In this document: piece after piece, positions 19,340 to 46,800 of the stretch
Numbering within the stretch: the first letter of the stretch is position 1
How the letters are laid out: each line of letters opens with the position of its first letter
Assembly (NCBI RefSeq): GCF_036321535.1
Contig: NC_087459.1
Span: 26,970,001 to 27,034,000 of the forward strand
Reading direction: 5' to 3'
DNA length: 64,000 nt
DNA from: Camelus dromedarius
Taxonomy: Eukaryota
The notes under the pieces: model-generated
Seen by the model: the letters and a program-made list of their open reading frames with translations, nothing else
What the model was told of the DNA's origin: nothing
Databases searched by the model: none
Made by a program: the position numbers and the translations under genes

Positions 19340-21200
19340 GTCCATGTCCTTGTTCACACCCTTGGCCCAGAATGCTCTTTCCCCATTCTCCACCTGGCCA
19401 CCTCCTGCTCATCCTTTAAACCCCAATTCAAATGCCCACCTCTGTGAAGTGCTCACTGATCCCAGGAAGTTGGCAGCTTGGGTACCCATGGCATCCTGTA
19501 CAGCAGTTTCTATTTTAGTTTCTGCCATGGTTCTGGCTCCTCCACCTCTGACCATCCCTCACCTGTCAGTTTCATCTTCAGCTCTTGTTTCTTCTTCCAT
19601 AGACATGGACACAAACACATAGACACTCACACACAGATGCACACGCTCCCTGGACTGTGGGCTACTACTTCCATCTCCACCCCAGGCCAGATTCCTCCTG
19701 CCTCCCAAGTCTCCAGCCCCTGTGCTACATTAACTCCTCATTGACCATTTTCATGTCTCCCCTGGATGTCAGTGGGGGCAGACACCTTAAATGCTACCCA
19801 CCCTGGTCAAATCCCTCCCCTGCACCCCTATCTGCTCCTCCTCTAGGGGCCACTTCTGCTCTTATCTGCACATGGTCAGTCCAGGGCCTGTGGCTTCTAG
19901 TTTAATGTTTTACAACAAACATATTCTTTTCACAATTGAAATAAAGTGTAATCATGTTAACTAAATCCCTTGAATGCCCTTAACCTTCCTCTCCAGTCAG
20001 ATGAGTCCTGCTCTTGTTCACACAGTCCCAGTCTCTCTCCTGGACACCACAGCAGCCTCCCAGCTACCGTCCATGCTGCTACAGATGGGGCTCTTTCCTT
20101 GTTTTTAAAGCCATCTATGTGGCAGCTTCCAGCCTGGACCTCTCCTATGAATTCCAGATTCATACAGGCAATGGACTACTTGCCCTCCCCAGTGGGATGT
20201 CCAATGGGCAACCCAAACTTAAGAGGTCCACCTGCTCTCCTCCTCCTGTTCTTCCTCCACTTTTTTTTTTTCAGTGGAGGGACTGGGGTTTCAACCCAGG
20301 ACCTTGAGCATGCTAAGCACGTGATCTGCCACTGAGCTATACCCCCACCCCCTCTTCTCAACTTTTGCAAAAGGCACCACCATCTCTGCTAGTGTTCAGG
20401 GCAAAAAACTTGACTCCAGGCATCCTTGACATCTCTTTCTCTAAGTCGGCTCTACCTTTAAAATGTATCCAGGATATGACCACTTCTCACCACCATCACT
20501 GCCATCACCTTTGTCCCAGCCACCTGTGTGATCACAATCACTTCCTAAATATGTCCCTGCTTCCTCCTGTGTCCCCTTCAGTCTGTCCTCCATCCAGCAA
20601 TCAAAGCAATCCTGCTAAAGTCCAAGATGGATCATGTCCCTCCTCTGCTCAAAACCCTCTAGGGGCTCCCATCCCCATCAGAGTCAAAGCCAAGGGACAC
20701 AGAGTTACTTACAAGGCCCCTCCATCAACTCCTTTGACATCACCTCCTTGGAGCTCATCCCCACGGAGCATGCTCCAGGCATCCTCACCTCCTTGCCGTC
20801 TCTCTGATACGCTAGGTGCCCTCTCTGCTTATGGTCATTGCACTTGAAGTTTCCTCTGCCCAGAATGCTCTTCCGCCAGAGACCTACATGGCTCACTCCC
20901 TCACTTCCTATAGATATTTACTCAAATGCCACCTTCTCAGCAAGACCCTCCTTGACCATATGATTTAAAACTGGAATCCTGCTTCAAACCCGTCCCTCTA
21001 CCCCTTGTACCTGATTTTCTCTTCTTCATGACATATTATCAGTTACATATGTTTGTCTGGCTGGCTATCGTCTCTTTCCTTTACTAGAACGTGGACTCCA
21101 GGAGGGCGAGGACTTTTGTCTGTCTGGTTTTCTGCCACATCTCCAACATCTAGAACAGTCAGCACATAGTAGATAACCAGTCAATACTTTTTGATTAAGG
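19340..21200 (+). mobile_element. LINE-2 (long fragment), interrupted by a SINE
   Basis: 'ttccagcctggacctctcctatgaattccagattcat', 'gcttccaaaatgtatcc'-like segments, terminal 'tagaacagtcagcacatagtagataa'. Boundaries approximate. Confidence 0.65.
20261..20348 (-). mobile_element. Short Vic-1-type SINE
   Basis: 'ttcaacccaggaccttgagcatgctaagcacgtgatctgccactgagctataccccc' with T-tail. Confidence 0.85.
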
Positions 21201-23063
21201 GACCCTTGATTGCCTCCCCCTTGTCTGCACAATAAAGTTTAACATTCAAGGCCTCCCTCACTGGCCTCATCTCTCACCCATGCTCACCCCCACACCTGAG
21301 CACCACAGCAGGCTCCTAAGGGTCTCCAGATGCTCCCCACCCCAACCCCAGTGGATGCCTCCCACATTAAAATCATATCTGCCTCTCCCACCACACCAGG
21401 AGCACTTTAAGTGCAGAACAGTGGCCCTAGAACATGCATTCCTAGGTAATGTTTGATGAATGAATGAATGATTGAATGAGAGTAAGACCTGAATCAGAAG
21501 GGCAGAGTTTAAGGTGAAGGACACACATTCATTCTTTATTCATTTTTCATGCTACCATTTAATATACATCTCAATAAGTGACGCTGAACATAACACGAGG
21601 ACTCTGTGAAGGCAGGAGCTGTGTCTCCCCTTCCTGCCCTCTCCTCACAGGGCCAGACACTGGGCTCTGGGGCTGCACCCATGACTCATCCCACTGAGTC
21701 ACCCTGCACATGTGAAAGTACTCTGGACTGGGAGTCAGACAGCACCTTCCCTGTCACCTGTTCCCTGTAACTCTGGGCAAGTCTCTAGCAGATGAGTCCT
21801 GGTTTCGCATCTGTCAAATGGGGCACCACCAACGCTTGCTGTCTGGGACACTCAGGGTTGAGGTCTGGACAAGTGGAAGGGATGTGGCTGTCTCTCATGC
21901 CAGGCTACATCCTAGCCAGTCTTGGGCCAGACTTTCCAGGGAAGGAGGTATGGCTGGAACAGCATCTCCAGCCTGTCTGCTAGCCAGCTAACCTATACCC
22001 ACAGTCTGGGAGCAGTGCCAGGCCCGGACACACTGGGCAGCAGGGAGCTGGCCCAGCTCCAGAGCAACACCTTGGCAGCCCTGGGAAAGGGAAGGGGGAG
22101 TGCTTGGCTGAGGTCAAGAGGGTCTGGATCAGGGCACAGAGGGGACAGCTGGGCGGTGTTTGTGGCTACTGCTCAACAAGATGCTGGCAGGAACCAGAAA
22201 AGGAGCATCTGCTACTGACTAGCCTCCACCCACCACTTCACTACAGAAGTGCGAAGGTCTTCCATTAGTGTTAGAGGAGCTGGGCCGGGCTTAGCTGCCC
22301 CCAGCTTCTAGATAGGAAATAGAATCTCAGGCCTGGGGCTGGGACACAGGGTTGGAAATGCAGGGAAAGGGGAAGGAGATGGGCTATAACTTAGATCTCC
22401 TTCTCCAAAGATAGAGGGGTTCCTGCATCCTGTTGAGAGTGGAAACTGAGAAAAAAAGGGGGGGGGCCACCCAGCATCAGACTGTGAACTGAGAAATCCT
22501 GGGCAAAGAGAGGGCCAGAGCCTAGGTCTGGATGAGATGTCGGGGGAAGGCACGAAGGGTAGAGGTTCAGAGGCTGAAACTCTGGAGTTTTATGGCTAGA
22601 GGCAGTTTTTTGGAGGGGGATGCTGGAGGTTCCAAGGCAATAAAATCAAGGACGGAGGGTCTAACCTCTAGCAAATCCCTGGGGGTGTGAGGGGCCCTGG
22701 GTGAAGATCCAGGGTCTGGAAGGAAGGATACTGAGAGCTAAGTCAAGGGAGAGTTGGAACAGGGAAGGGGCTCTGGGGCTCGACCCGAGGCAGGAATCAT
22801 GCGGCATCGAGAACAGAAGGGGACGAGGTTCCAGGGCTGAGACCCTTCCAGAGAACCTGACTGAGGTGGGAGCAGGGAGCGGGAGTCCCAGACTCAGGAC
22901 TCTAGGCCGGGACCTGCCGGGGCGGGGCGGGACCGGACTGGGGGCTGGGCCGGGGTCCCGGGGGCCGGGGCGGGGCCGAGCTGGCGCTGCGCAGCCGCGG
23001 GGCGGCCACCGCGCATGCGGGGCTCACAGGGCTGCAGCCGGCGCCGCTGCCACTCCCGGGAGC

Positions 23064-38564
<15,501 letters not shown>

Positions 38565-39874
38565 AAACCACTCCACCCTGGATGGTCCACCCCAAGGAGG
38601 TCCCCTGGCTGCTGCCACCTTCTGGCTCAGAGCCCCCTCCTCCCCACCTTAGACTGTTCCCTTCTCTGCCACAGGGCCCCCCGTTCCCACCCTGCCCTGA
38701 GCCGTCATGTGCATGATCTTTGTGACAGTGTGCGTCTGTACAGAAGAGGCAGAGGGGAGCCAGGCTGGGAAACAGCCCACCGGGTAGGGATGGGCCAGCA
38801 AGGGACAGACTCAGGCCCTGGCCCAGGCCACCTCCCCTTTCTAGGCAGGGCTGCCTGGGGTAGTTAGCCATTCCCCTCTTCCCCTGCCTTCAGTAATTCC
38901 ATTCTAGCCTGGGGTCTGCCCTCTGCTGGGATCAAGGCTCTCTGGACCCCAACCTTACCTCCTGCTCACCAGCCCATCTGCCCTGTCCTCTGTCCTCTCC
39001 AGCTGTCCCCATAAGCCCAGCCCTGAGGGGTGGGGACCAGCTGGCCACATGGTGCTGCTTTTCAGGTTAGGGGAGGGGTGGCCCTGAGAGACAGCGCAGC
39101 TCTAAGCTTCTAACAGCTGATCACTGCCAGGGAGGCTCAGGGTGCCATGGCCAGGTAGTTCCTGGCCATGTCAAGACCAGGCTTTTTCCCCTACCTTGGG
39201 GCAGAGTCCAGCGGTCTTCGGCTACCTCAGCCTCCCTTCCCACATTCCTGCAGCCCCAGGAGCAATCCCTTTGGGCTATGCCTGACCCCAGGTAACATTC
39301 TGGAAGAGGCTGGCTGGTGCCTGGTCTCCAGCCACCCTTGGAGCTAGGGAAGAGCAGCCTAGCCAGGCTTCTGCGCTGGTGAAGCCTTCAGCCCAGGCCA
39401 CTCTCCCCAGCAGGCCTTAGTTGGGTCCTCAAGCCATTGTGTGTTGCATGTTTGGGACAGTGGTCCCTGCTCTCTTGTGCTCCAAGAAGTCAATGTCACT
39501 TCAGGCCTGCAATTGCGTCCTGCCCTCGCTGTCCCCCGTTGATATGCCACGTGGGTGTCAGGTGTCTTGGATGCAGTATTCAGCAGCCAGCCAGGGAGGG
39601 GCGCCTCCCTCCTCCCACCATCTCGGGACTTCTCAAGTCTGAAACGCGCCCCCACCCAAGACCCCTCCTCTTCCTCGTTGACAGGCAATGAGTGTGCCTG
39701 CGAGCGCATGCAGTAGGGGACGGGGCCAGGTCTGTGCCCCACCTTCCCTCGGCTTTGCTCCTGCCCAGTGACTGTGACCACTGTCCGTGTTGCCTTCTTG
39801 AACCGCGACTCTTCCCCACCTTCACCAAAGGTCTTGGTACAACCAGCTGCCCATTTTGTGAAATTTTTATGTAG

Positions 39875-39880
39875 AATAAA
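39875..39880 (+). terminator. STX1A poly(A) signal
   Basis: AATAAA about 1.3 kb after the stop, preceded by a U-rich element. Confidence 0.75.
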
Positions 39881-40573
39881 CATTTGTATCTGTACCATGC
39901 TTCTGCTCTACATTTCTTACTGTCAGTGTCACAGCCTTAGAACTGGAGGATGAATGTGTGTGGCACTAAGGGGCTCTGAGGCCAAGGATCCCAGCCTCCT
40001 CCCTCAGCCTTCAACTTTCAGATGCTCCGGCCCCTCCACCCCAGCCTGAATGTCTCTCGGCCCCCGCTTAACATCCGATGCCTGTTCTGTACCGTGGGCC
40101 CAGATCTACCCCCTCTTCCCACTTTTCCCAGAAGTCACAAGTCACCACTGGATCCCCCTATTAGCCTGCTAGATACATCGCCGTGCAGGACCTGCCCTTC
40201 TGACCACCAGGGACTGGACAAAAGAAAGGCTCCAGAGGCAACCAGTGCTGGGCTGGGCAGCAGCTGATGATACAGCTCAGGGCCAGGGGTCAGCCCAGCC
40301 CAGGGGCTGGGTGCCTTCCAACCAAAAGGAAAGCAGAGACTGGGCAGAGGCCACAGGCCAATGGGTACCATCGATAATTTCATCCTGCTCATCCTTCCCA
40401 ACTTCGCCTAGTGTTGTGTAACAGTTACACCTAAGTTACATGTAATAGCAGCAGCCCTAACTTAATCTACTTGTGTTCCCTGCAGGTTAAAAGAATGTTT
40501 TCATACATTTAAATTCTTTAAACCTAATTTGTACATAGGAATCAAGCCCCCACGAATAGAGGAACTTCAGAAA

Positions 40574-40579
40574 TTTATT
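40574..40579 (-). terminator. BUD23 poly(A) signal
   Basis: AATAAA on minus strand about 270 nt after the BUD23 stop. Confidence 0.6.
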
Positions 40580-40844
40580 GAGGATCACAGAGCTAGAAAA
40601 TGCCAGAGTTCCACAGAAAGTGGCTTACTGCTTTTAGAACAAAAATAATACGCTCTCAGAACCTTTAGCGAAGAAAATATTTGAACTTTAAAACTTTGTA
40701 GAACTTTTCTAAAACACTATTTTTGTCAGCAGATAAAGTAGGCACGTCAATACAGAAAACTCTCCCGAGGCCAGTGCCTGGGCCGGGTGGCACAGCTCAT
40801 GACTGTGCAGTCCCCACATTGTCCCCTTGGGCACAGCTGCCTGC

Positions 40845-43800
40845 TCAGAAGCGGGGCCTGCGCCTGCGGCCGGTGTACTGAGTGTCGGGTCGGACCTCCC
40901 TGTGCAAAGAAGTAACAGGGCAGAAAGAACAGGGCTGTTTCAGGAAAAAGAACGAAGAACCCATGGGACCACTGGGTGGCCGACCCCCAGCCCGCAGCCC
41001 ACCCCCAGCCCGTACTCACTTGCCCTGCCGCCGGCGCCGCGCCTTCTTCTCCAGCACCCACCCTCGGCTCTTCCTCACCAGCCCCCGTCTCAGCATCCTA
41101 CATGGGACCCTGCGCAGGAGACATGGCTATGAACTGGGGGACGGAGTGGCCTGGCTGACACTCAGGTTAACCCGGGCAGGGAAACATGGTGAGCTTCTCT
41201 CAAGATGCCCCTTCCACAAAAGAAGCCCCCATTCTGGACACCCCTTTCTGCTGGGATCGCGGGGGCCAGAGCAGTTGTGTAGAAGGAGGCAGGACGTGGA
41301 GGGCCCCCTCGACAGCAGGCAGCCTTGCTGTAGGCGACCACTGAAGTGCACATTTGCCAGTGGTGCAGGCAGGGGCGGAGCTGCTTTGGGGGCCACTCAG
41401 GCCAGGATCAGCTCACAAGAGCCTGGCAGCATCCAAGGAAAGCCAGAGGCCCCAGGCCCACTGTTGCCACTTAAGAACCTAGCCTGGTTGTGGGGTCAGT
41501 GAGCCTGGTACAAACAGGCTGGGGCTCCCAGCAAGTACAAATGTCTGAGGTAGGAAAACAAGGCTGCCTGGCTCGTGGCAGCCCTGACGATGATCCTCAA
41601 GGGCTGATCTTGGCCTCCGGTCCTGACTGAGGAGAAAAGAGACCCCCACAGCTTCATGGGAGAGAGGCCCTGAGAACAGGGGGAGTCTGGGCCCTCAGAC
41701 CACATCCCCACTTGACAGTTGGAATCAAACTGTTTCCAGCATAACACACCATGGAGGCTGCTTGTCATTTGAGTAACCATTTCCTGAGCACCTGCACACA
41801 CGGCCCGTGGACGTTCTATGGGGGTATGAATCAGCCCCGCCCTTCAAGAGCCCGTGGCTGGGCTGTGGCAGAGACCACCTGCACTAGGCAAAGTGAGTGC
41901 AGAGAGGCCAGCAGCTGCTAAAGGAGTGACAGGAATAGGAAAAGCAGATTCTGGGAAAAACAAGAGGGCCATGGAGATAAGCTGGTATTTCTTAATGTAG
42001 AAGGTAGGGCAGCATTCCAGACCAGAAGCAGTATATGAAAATGAGGCACTGGGAAGGACTGAAGGGGAAGGTCAGCAGAGGAGTCTGATGCTTGGATTCA
42101 TAGATCTAAGGAGGCGGTGGGTCCAAGTGAGACTCCGAGGGTCTGCTGAGGATGGAGTAATTCTCCTGCACACTTTCCTCCTTGCCTGAGGACTAGTGAA
42201 AGCTGGACTGCATGACAGACCCTTTTTGCTGCTACTTCTCATCCGTTCTAACGTAGTAATAAAAGTCAGATTTAAAAAAAGAAATCTCAGAATCTCACTT
42301 GGCTAGGCCAGTTCATGGAAGTGCGACCACCAGCAAGGAATGTGTTCTCCCTCCAGTGAGCAGTAGGGACGCAGTGATGCTTTATACCCAAGGAATGACA
42401 CAACGTGATCTAGACTTTAGGGTGTACGGAGACAGCAGTTCATGAAAGAAAGTTGAAGGCCCACAATTAGGGAGCAGGAGTCTGATGTGCCAGGTGCAAA
42501 GCAGGAATCATCCCCAGGAGTCTCTAAGGAAGGACAAGCATAGAGGTAGTGAGGTTGAACGGGGCAAGATGTGAGCTGCAAAAGGGACGATGGGAAAAGA
42601 GGCATCAGCGGAGACAGAGAGCAGTGAGGATGGAGGGTGGCCAGACCACAGGTGCCAAGAGGGAAGTGTCCACACAAGTGCCAGAGGGGACGGAGGCCAA
42701 GTGGCAAGGATTAAGGAATACATAGATTAAGCAAAGTTGGTGCAAAAAAAAAAAAAAGCAAGAAATAAATTAGATAAAGGTTTCAACAACGTTTTCTTAT
42801 TTACCTATGCATTTATAAGAAGCGGCCTGAATGTGACAGTACCGGGATAAGCCCCTGATAAGCCCAACGACAGACACCAGCCTCCTCCCCGCTCAACTCG
42901 GAGGACTTCCACAGGAGGAGCCTGGAGGGCACTGTGCTGAGTCCCGTACAAACCTGCCCTCGCACTGCCTGGGCGGGTGGCATGTACCTCCACCTTTAAA
43001 CAGATGAGAAATGGATGCTCAGGTCCCATGACTTACCTAAGTTTACAGTTAGGACATGTCATCTGTAGGCACCAGTGTGAGGACAAGAGGGAGCCTAAGA
43101 TGGACGGAGGGAGTCACTTGTACCTTCCCCATGGAGCAGCAGGTGGGACCACTCCCTGTGAGCAAGTGATGGGCACCTTAGAGCAGAAACATCTGGGAGA
43201 GGCCCCCAAGTCCCCATGGGGAATGGGCTGGGGAAGGTAAGGGAGAGGACCCCAGAGGGCCAGAGGGCACCAACCCGTGGTGGACAGGAGGGCCACACTC
43301 ATGATTTTCACCATTCGTGGGATTTCCAAATTCATCCATCGTCTGCCCCTTTTGCCTCTTAAATGTCCTAGAAGTCTGAAAACATTTCACTCCTATCAAT
43401 CAGAACTAAGAAATAACCTTCTCCTTCACTACTGTATAATCAATTGTTCTTCAACAAACACTGAATACCTTTTGCTTACAAGACACTCTTCTGGTGTCAG
43501 GGATATAATACAAGTTCCCACCAAGTTTTAATTCTAGCTGGGGATAGAAATAATACCCAAGTAAACAAATATTTATGATTTAGAGCAGTGAAAGGTGTTA
43601 GGGAAAATAAAGGTAAGAACTCAACTGAAGATACTGAACAGAGAAATGGTAACAAGAAACGATCTACATTTTTTAAAAGTAAAAGAAAAAGAAAAAGGCA
43701 CAGCCTTGCTGCACAGAAAATGGATTCAAAAAGGCAGACAGAAGTAGGGAGACAAGTGAGGCAGCTTTCAGTAATCCAGGCAAGGGCAGTGGTGAGCAGA

Positions 43801-46800
43801 GCAGGTGGGAGTGGGGAAAAGGGATGGACTGTCTGGATGTGAGACATGAGGAGGAGGGAAGGGCTGAGAACGTAAGACATAAAGAAGGAAGTTCAGGGGT
43901 GAAAACCAAGAGCTCTGTCTTGTTCCAAAAACCGGTGAGTAGTTCAGGCACAGACGTTTAGGGGCCGAGGTGGTTTGGAAATCAGAGGTGGGGCTGAGAC
44001 CAAGGATGTAAGCCTGGGAGTTCATCTAAACGTGGTGTTTAAGGCAGCACAGAGAGAGCAGGGGTCCAGGCTGGGCCAAAGGGTGGACCAAGAAAGAACA
44101 GCCGGTGAGGTTAACAGGAAACCAGGCCGGGGGAAGGAGGCTGAGGGGAGGAAAGAGTTAAGGGAGTGATGGGCTGCGTCATTTACTACCAAGTTACAGT
44201 GAGGTCAGAGGAGACTGAAGGAGAAGTGACCGTGGATTTGGCAAGACAGGTTGGTGGTGGCCTTGACAAGAGCAATTTCTGATTAGACAGAAGCATGAGC
44301 CAGGGAAGGGACAGGGAGAACGGCGAGTTCCAGGAGATCTGTTATGAAGAGAGGCTGGTAAACAGGGCGGCAGTCAGAAGCTGTTACGGGGCTAAGGAAG
44401 ATCTTTTTTAAGACAGGAAAAATTGTGCCGCACGTTTGTGTGCTGATGGGAGTGACTCAGGAGAGTAGAGATGAGGATGCAGGAGAGAAAAGGGAGCCAC
44501 ACAAGCCACGAAGGGATGGGGTCCAGGATGGGGGTGGAGGAAGCAGCCTTTGGGAGGAGGAGACAGCCTGCTAAACATGGCAAGAGGGCAGAGAGGAAGG
44601 CTGCCCACAGTCACTCAGCCACAGGCAGGTGCAGGCACAGTCCCAAAGGGTTCTCCAGCTCTACTTCCACCTTGGTGTCACTGCCATGTCAGACCCTGAG
44701 ACACGGTGAAAGCAGAGAAATGGAGGAGTCTGGCCACCTTAGGGACCACCTTAGGGACCGCCTGCACCTTAAGCAGGGCTAAACAACAGCATTACCTCTC
44801 AGTCGTGAACGTGGACTCCCTGGCCTCCTCTTCCTCATCTTCATCCAGGCCCTGCAGGAGCCAAAGTGCTCTTAGATCACCTTGGAGATCTCTCAACCCA
44901 TCCACCCACCCCAGGAGGCTTAGGTACCCAGGCCTGAGCCCTTCCGACAGGTACTTGGCCAAGCCCCACAAGAAGAGAACCCAAAAGACATGGCCTACAA
45001 GCTCAGGACCCCTCACCTTTGGTATAAAGGTTGTAGGTCCAGAAAACAAACAGAGGTAGAACCTGAAACAAGAAAGCAGAGTGAGCACTGGGCTCAGACA
45101 GCCTCACAGGACGAGATCAGTTCTCACCCTCCCACTCATAAACAGGTACAGACACAGCGAGGCCTCTTGCCTGCCAGGGCCCTGGTGACCCCAGTCAGCA
45201 CTGCTCTGGTCCACTCATTAGTGGCCTGTGAGGTCCACACCACCACCCTCTCTCCTGCAGCGCAGGCAGTGCCCTGGCCCCCAGCACTCACTTCTTGGCT
45301 TTGGCGCTGTTGGGGTAGTCCACCACCACACCACCAGTGAAGCCAGCCTTGGTGGCCTGGGTTGTGATCAGCTCCAACTGGGGAAAGAAGGCCAGGGAGT
45401 CAGGCAGGGCAGCTGGGGGAGCAGCAGGTTCCCCTCCACTCCCCTTAAGAAGCCAGTCTGGCCCCAGGATGGACCTCCCCTGGGAGAACTGAAGGTCTTC
45501 CCTATCAGACTGTTCCTAATTCTGAGTCCCCAAAAGCCATGCAGAGAAGGTGCAGAATCAGCCATGGCAGACACCTCCCTTGGGGACCACAGAACAAGCA
45601 ATTCCCCTAATTCTTACTTTCTAGTCAGGGATGCACCACCCCACTCAAATCTCAGGAAATGGATGGCCACCAACTGGGAGGCAGACTCATTCATGTTATT
45701 AGTCAGGGACAGCTCACCAGCTGACTTTCAGAGTCGGAACCTCCTACCCTCTCATTCCTCATGCACCACACTCCACAGAACTCTCCCCCATCCCCATTTC
45801 CTTCTTTGCTTATGGAAATTAATAGTATATGGTTTATCTGTCAAGAGAAGACAAACATCCTATCCCTGGGCTCGGTATCCCTCTTCCTTAGGACATTAGG
45901 TCATAAAACATGCCAGCAGGGCCCACAGTGACCAACCTCAGGAGCCCACTCCCTCCTTTCCCACCAATCAGCCTAAGGTTCCTTGTTCTGTCACTTCCCA
46001 ACAGCAGGAGGGCAGGTGAGTGAGGAGCGGAACAGGTGACCTGTCCTGCTCCCCCACCCCCGCAGCAGGCCAAAGGGCTCACCTGCTCTGAGTTCTCAGG
46101 GTACAGCTGCAGGACAGCTCTGGCTCCCCGGGCCTGCAACAGAAGCACCACTGTCTTACAGATATCCCACGGGGTCCGGACCCAGACACTCCTCCTTTCC
46201 TTAGTCATGAAATACTTATGGAGTTCTCAGTATGTGCAAGGTCAGGGCCAGGGATACAACCATCAACAAAGAGTCAACCAAAGTGAGGGGAGACAGCTAT
46301 ATCAACAGTGGTGATTAAGTGCCAAAAAGAAAAACAAGTTAGGACGAGGGATGGTGCATGCCAGAAACTATCAAATTTACTTTTGGTTCAAAGAAGGCCT
46401 CTCTCTGAAGGATGCTTGAGCAGAGACCTGCATGTAGTAGGGAGCTGCTATTAAATGTCTGGGAAAGAGCATTTCAGCAGAGAGAAAGCCCTCAAAACTT
46501 CAGGTTAACCCCAGGGGCTGAGGAGGAGAGAAACCACCTAATGCACAAGACCAGCCAGCCATCTGCAGGGACAACCCACCCTAAGAAAGCCAGGGGTCAG
46601 GCGAGGAGACTAAGAGACTAAGGAGACCAAGAAACACCTGGACCTCCAAAAAAAGGAAAGAGTCAAAGAACTCATTTTTAGAGCTTAGAATCTCAAACTA
46701 TCAACTAATATGAGTAAACAACAAATCAAGGCCATCAGTTATAACGACAAGATTAATGAAAGCTCTCACAGTGGTAAATAAAACACACTGCTCCCACTTG

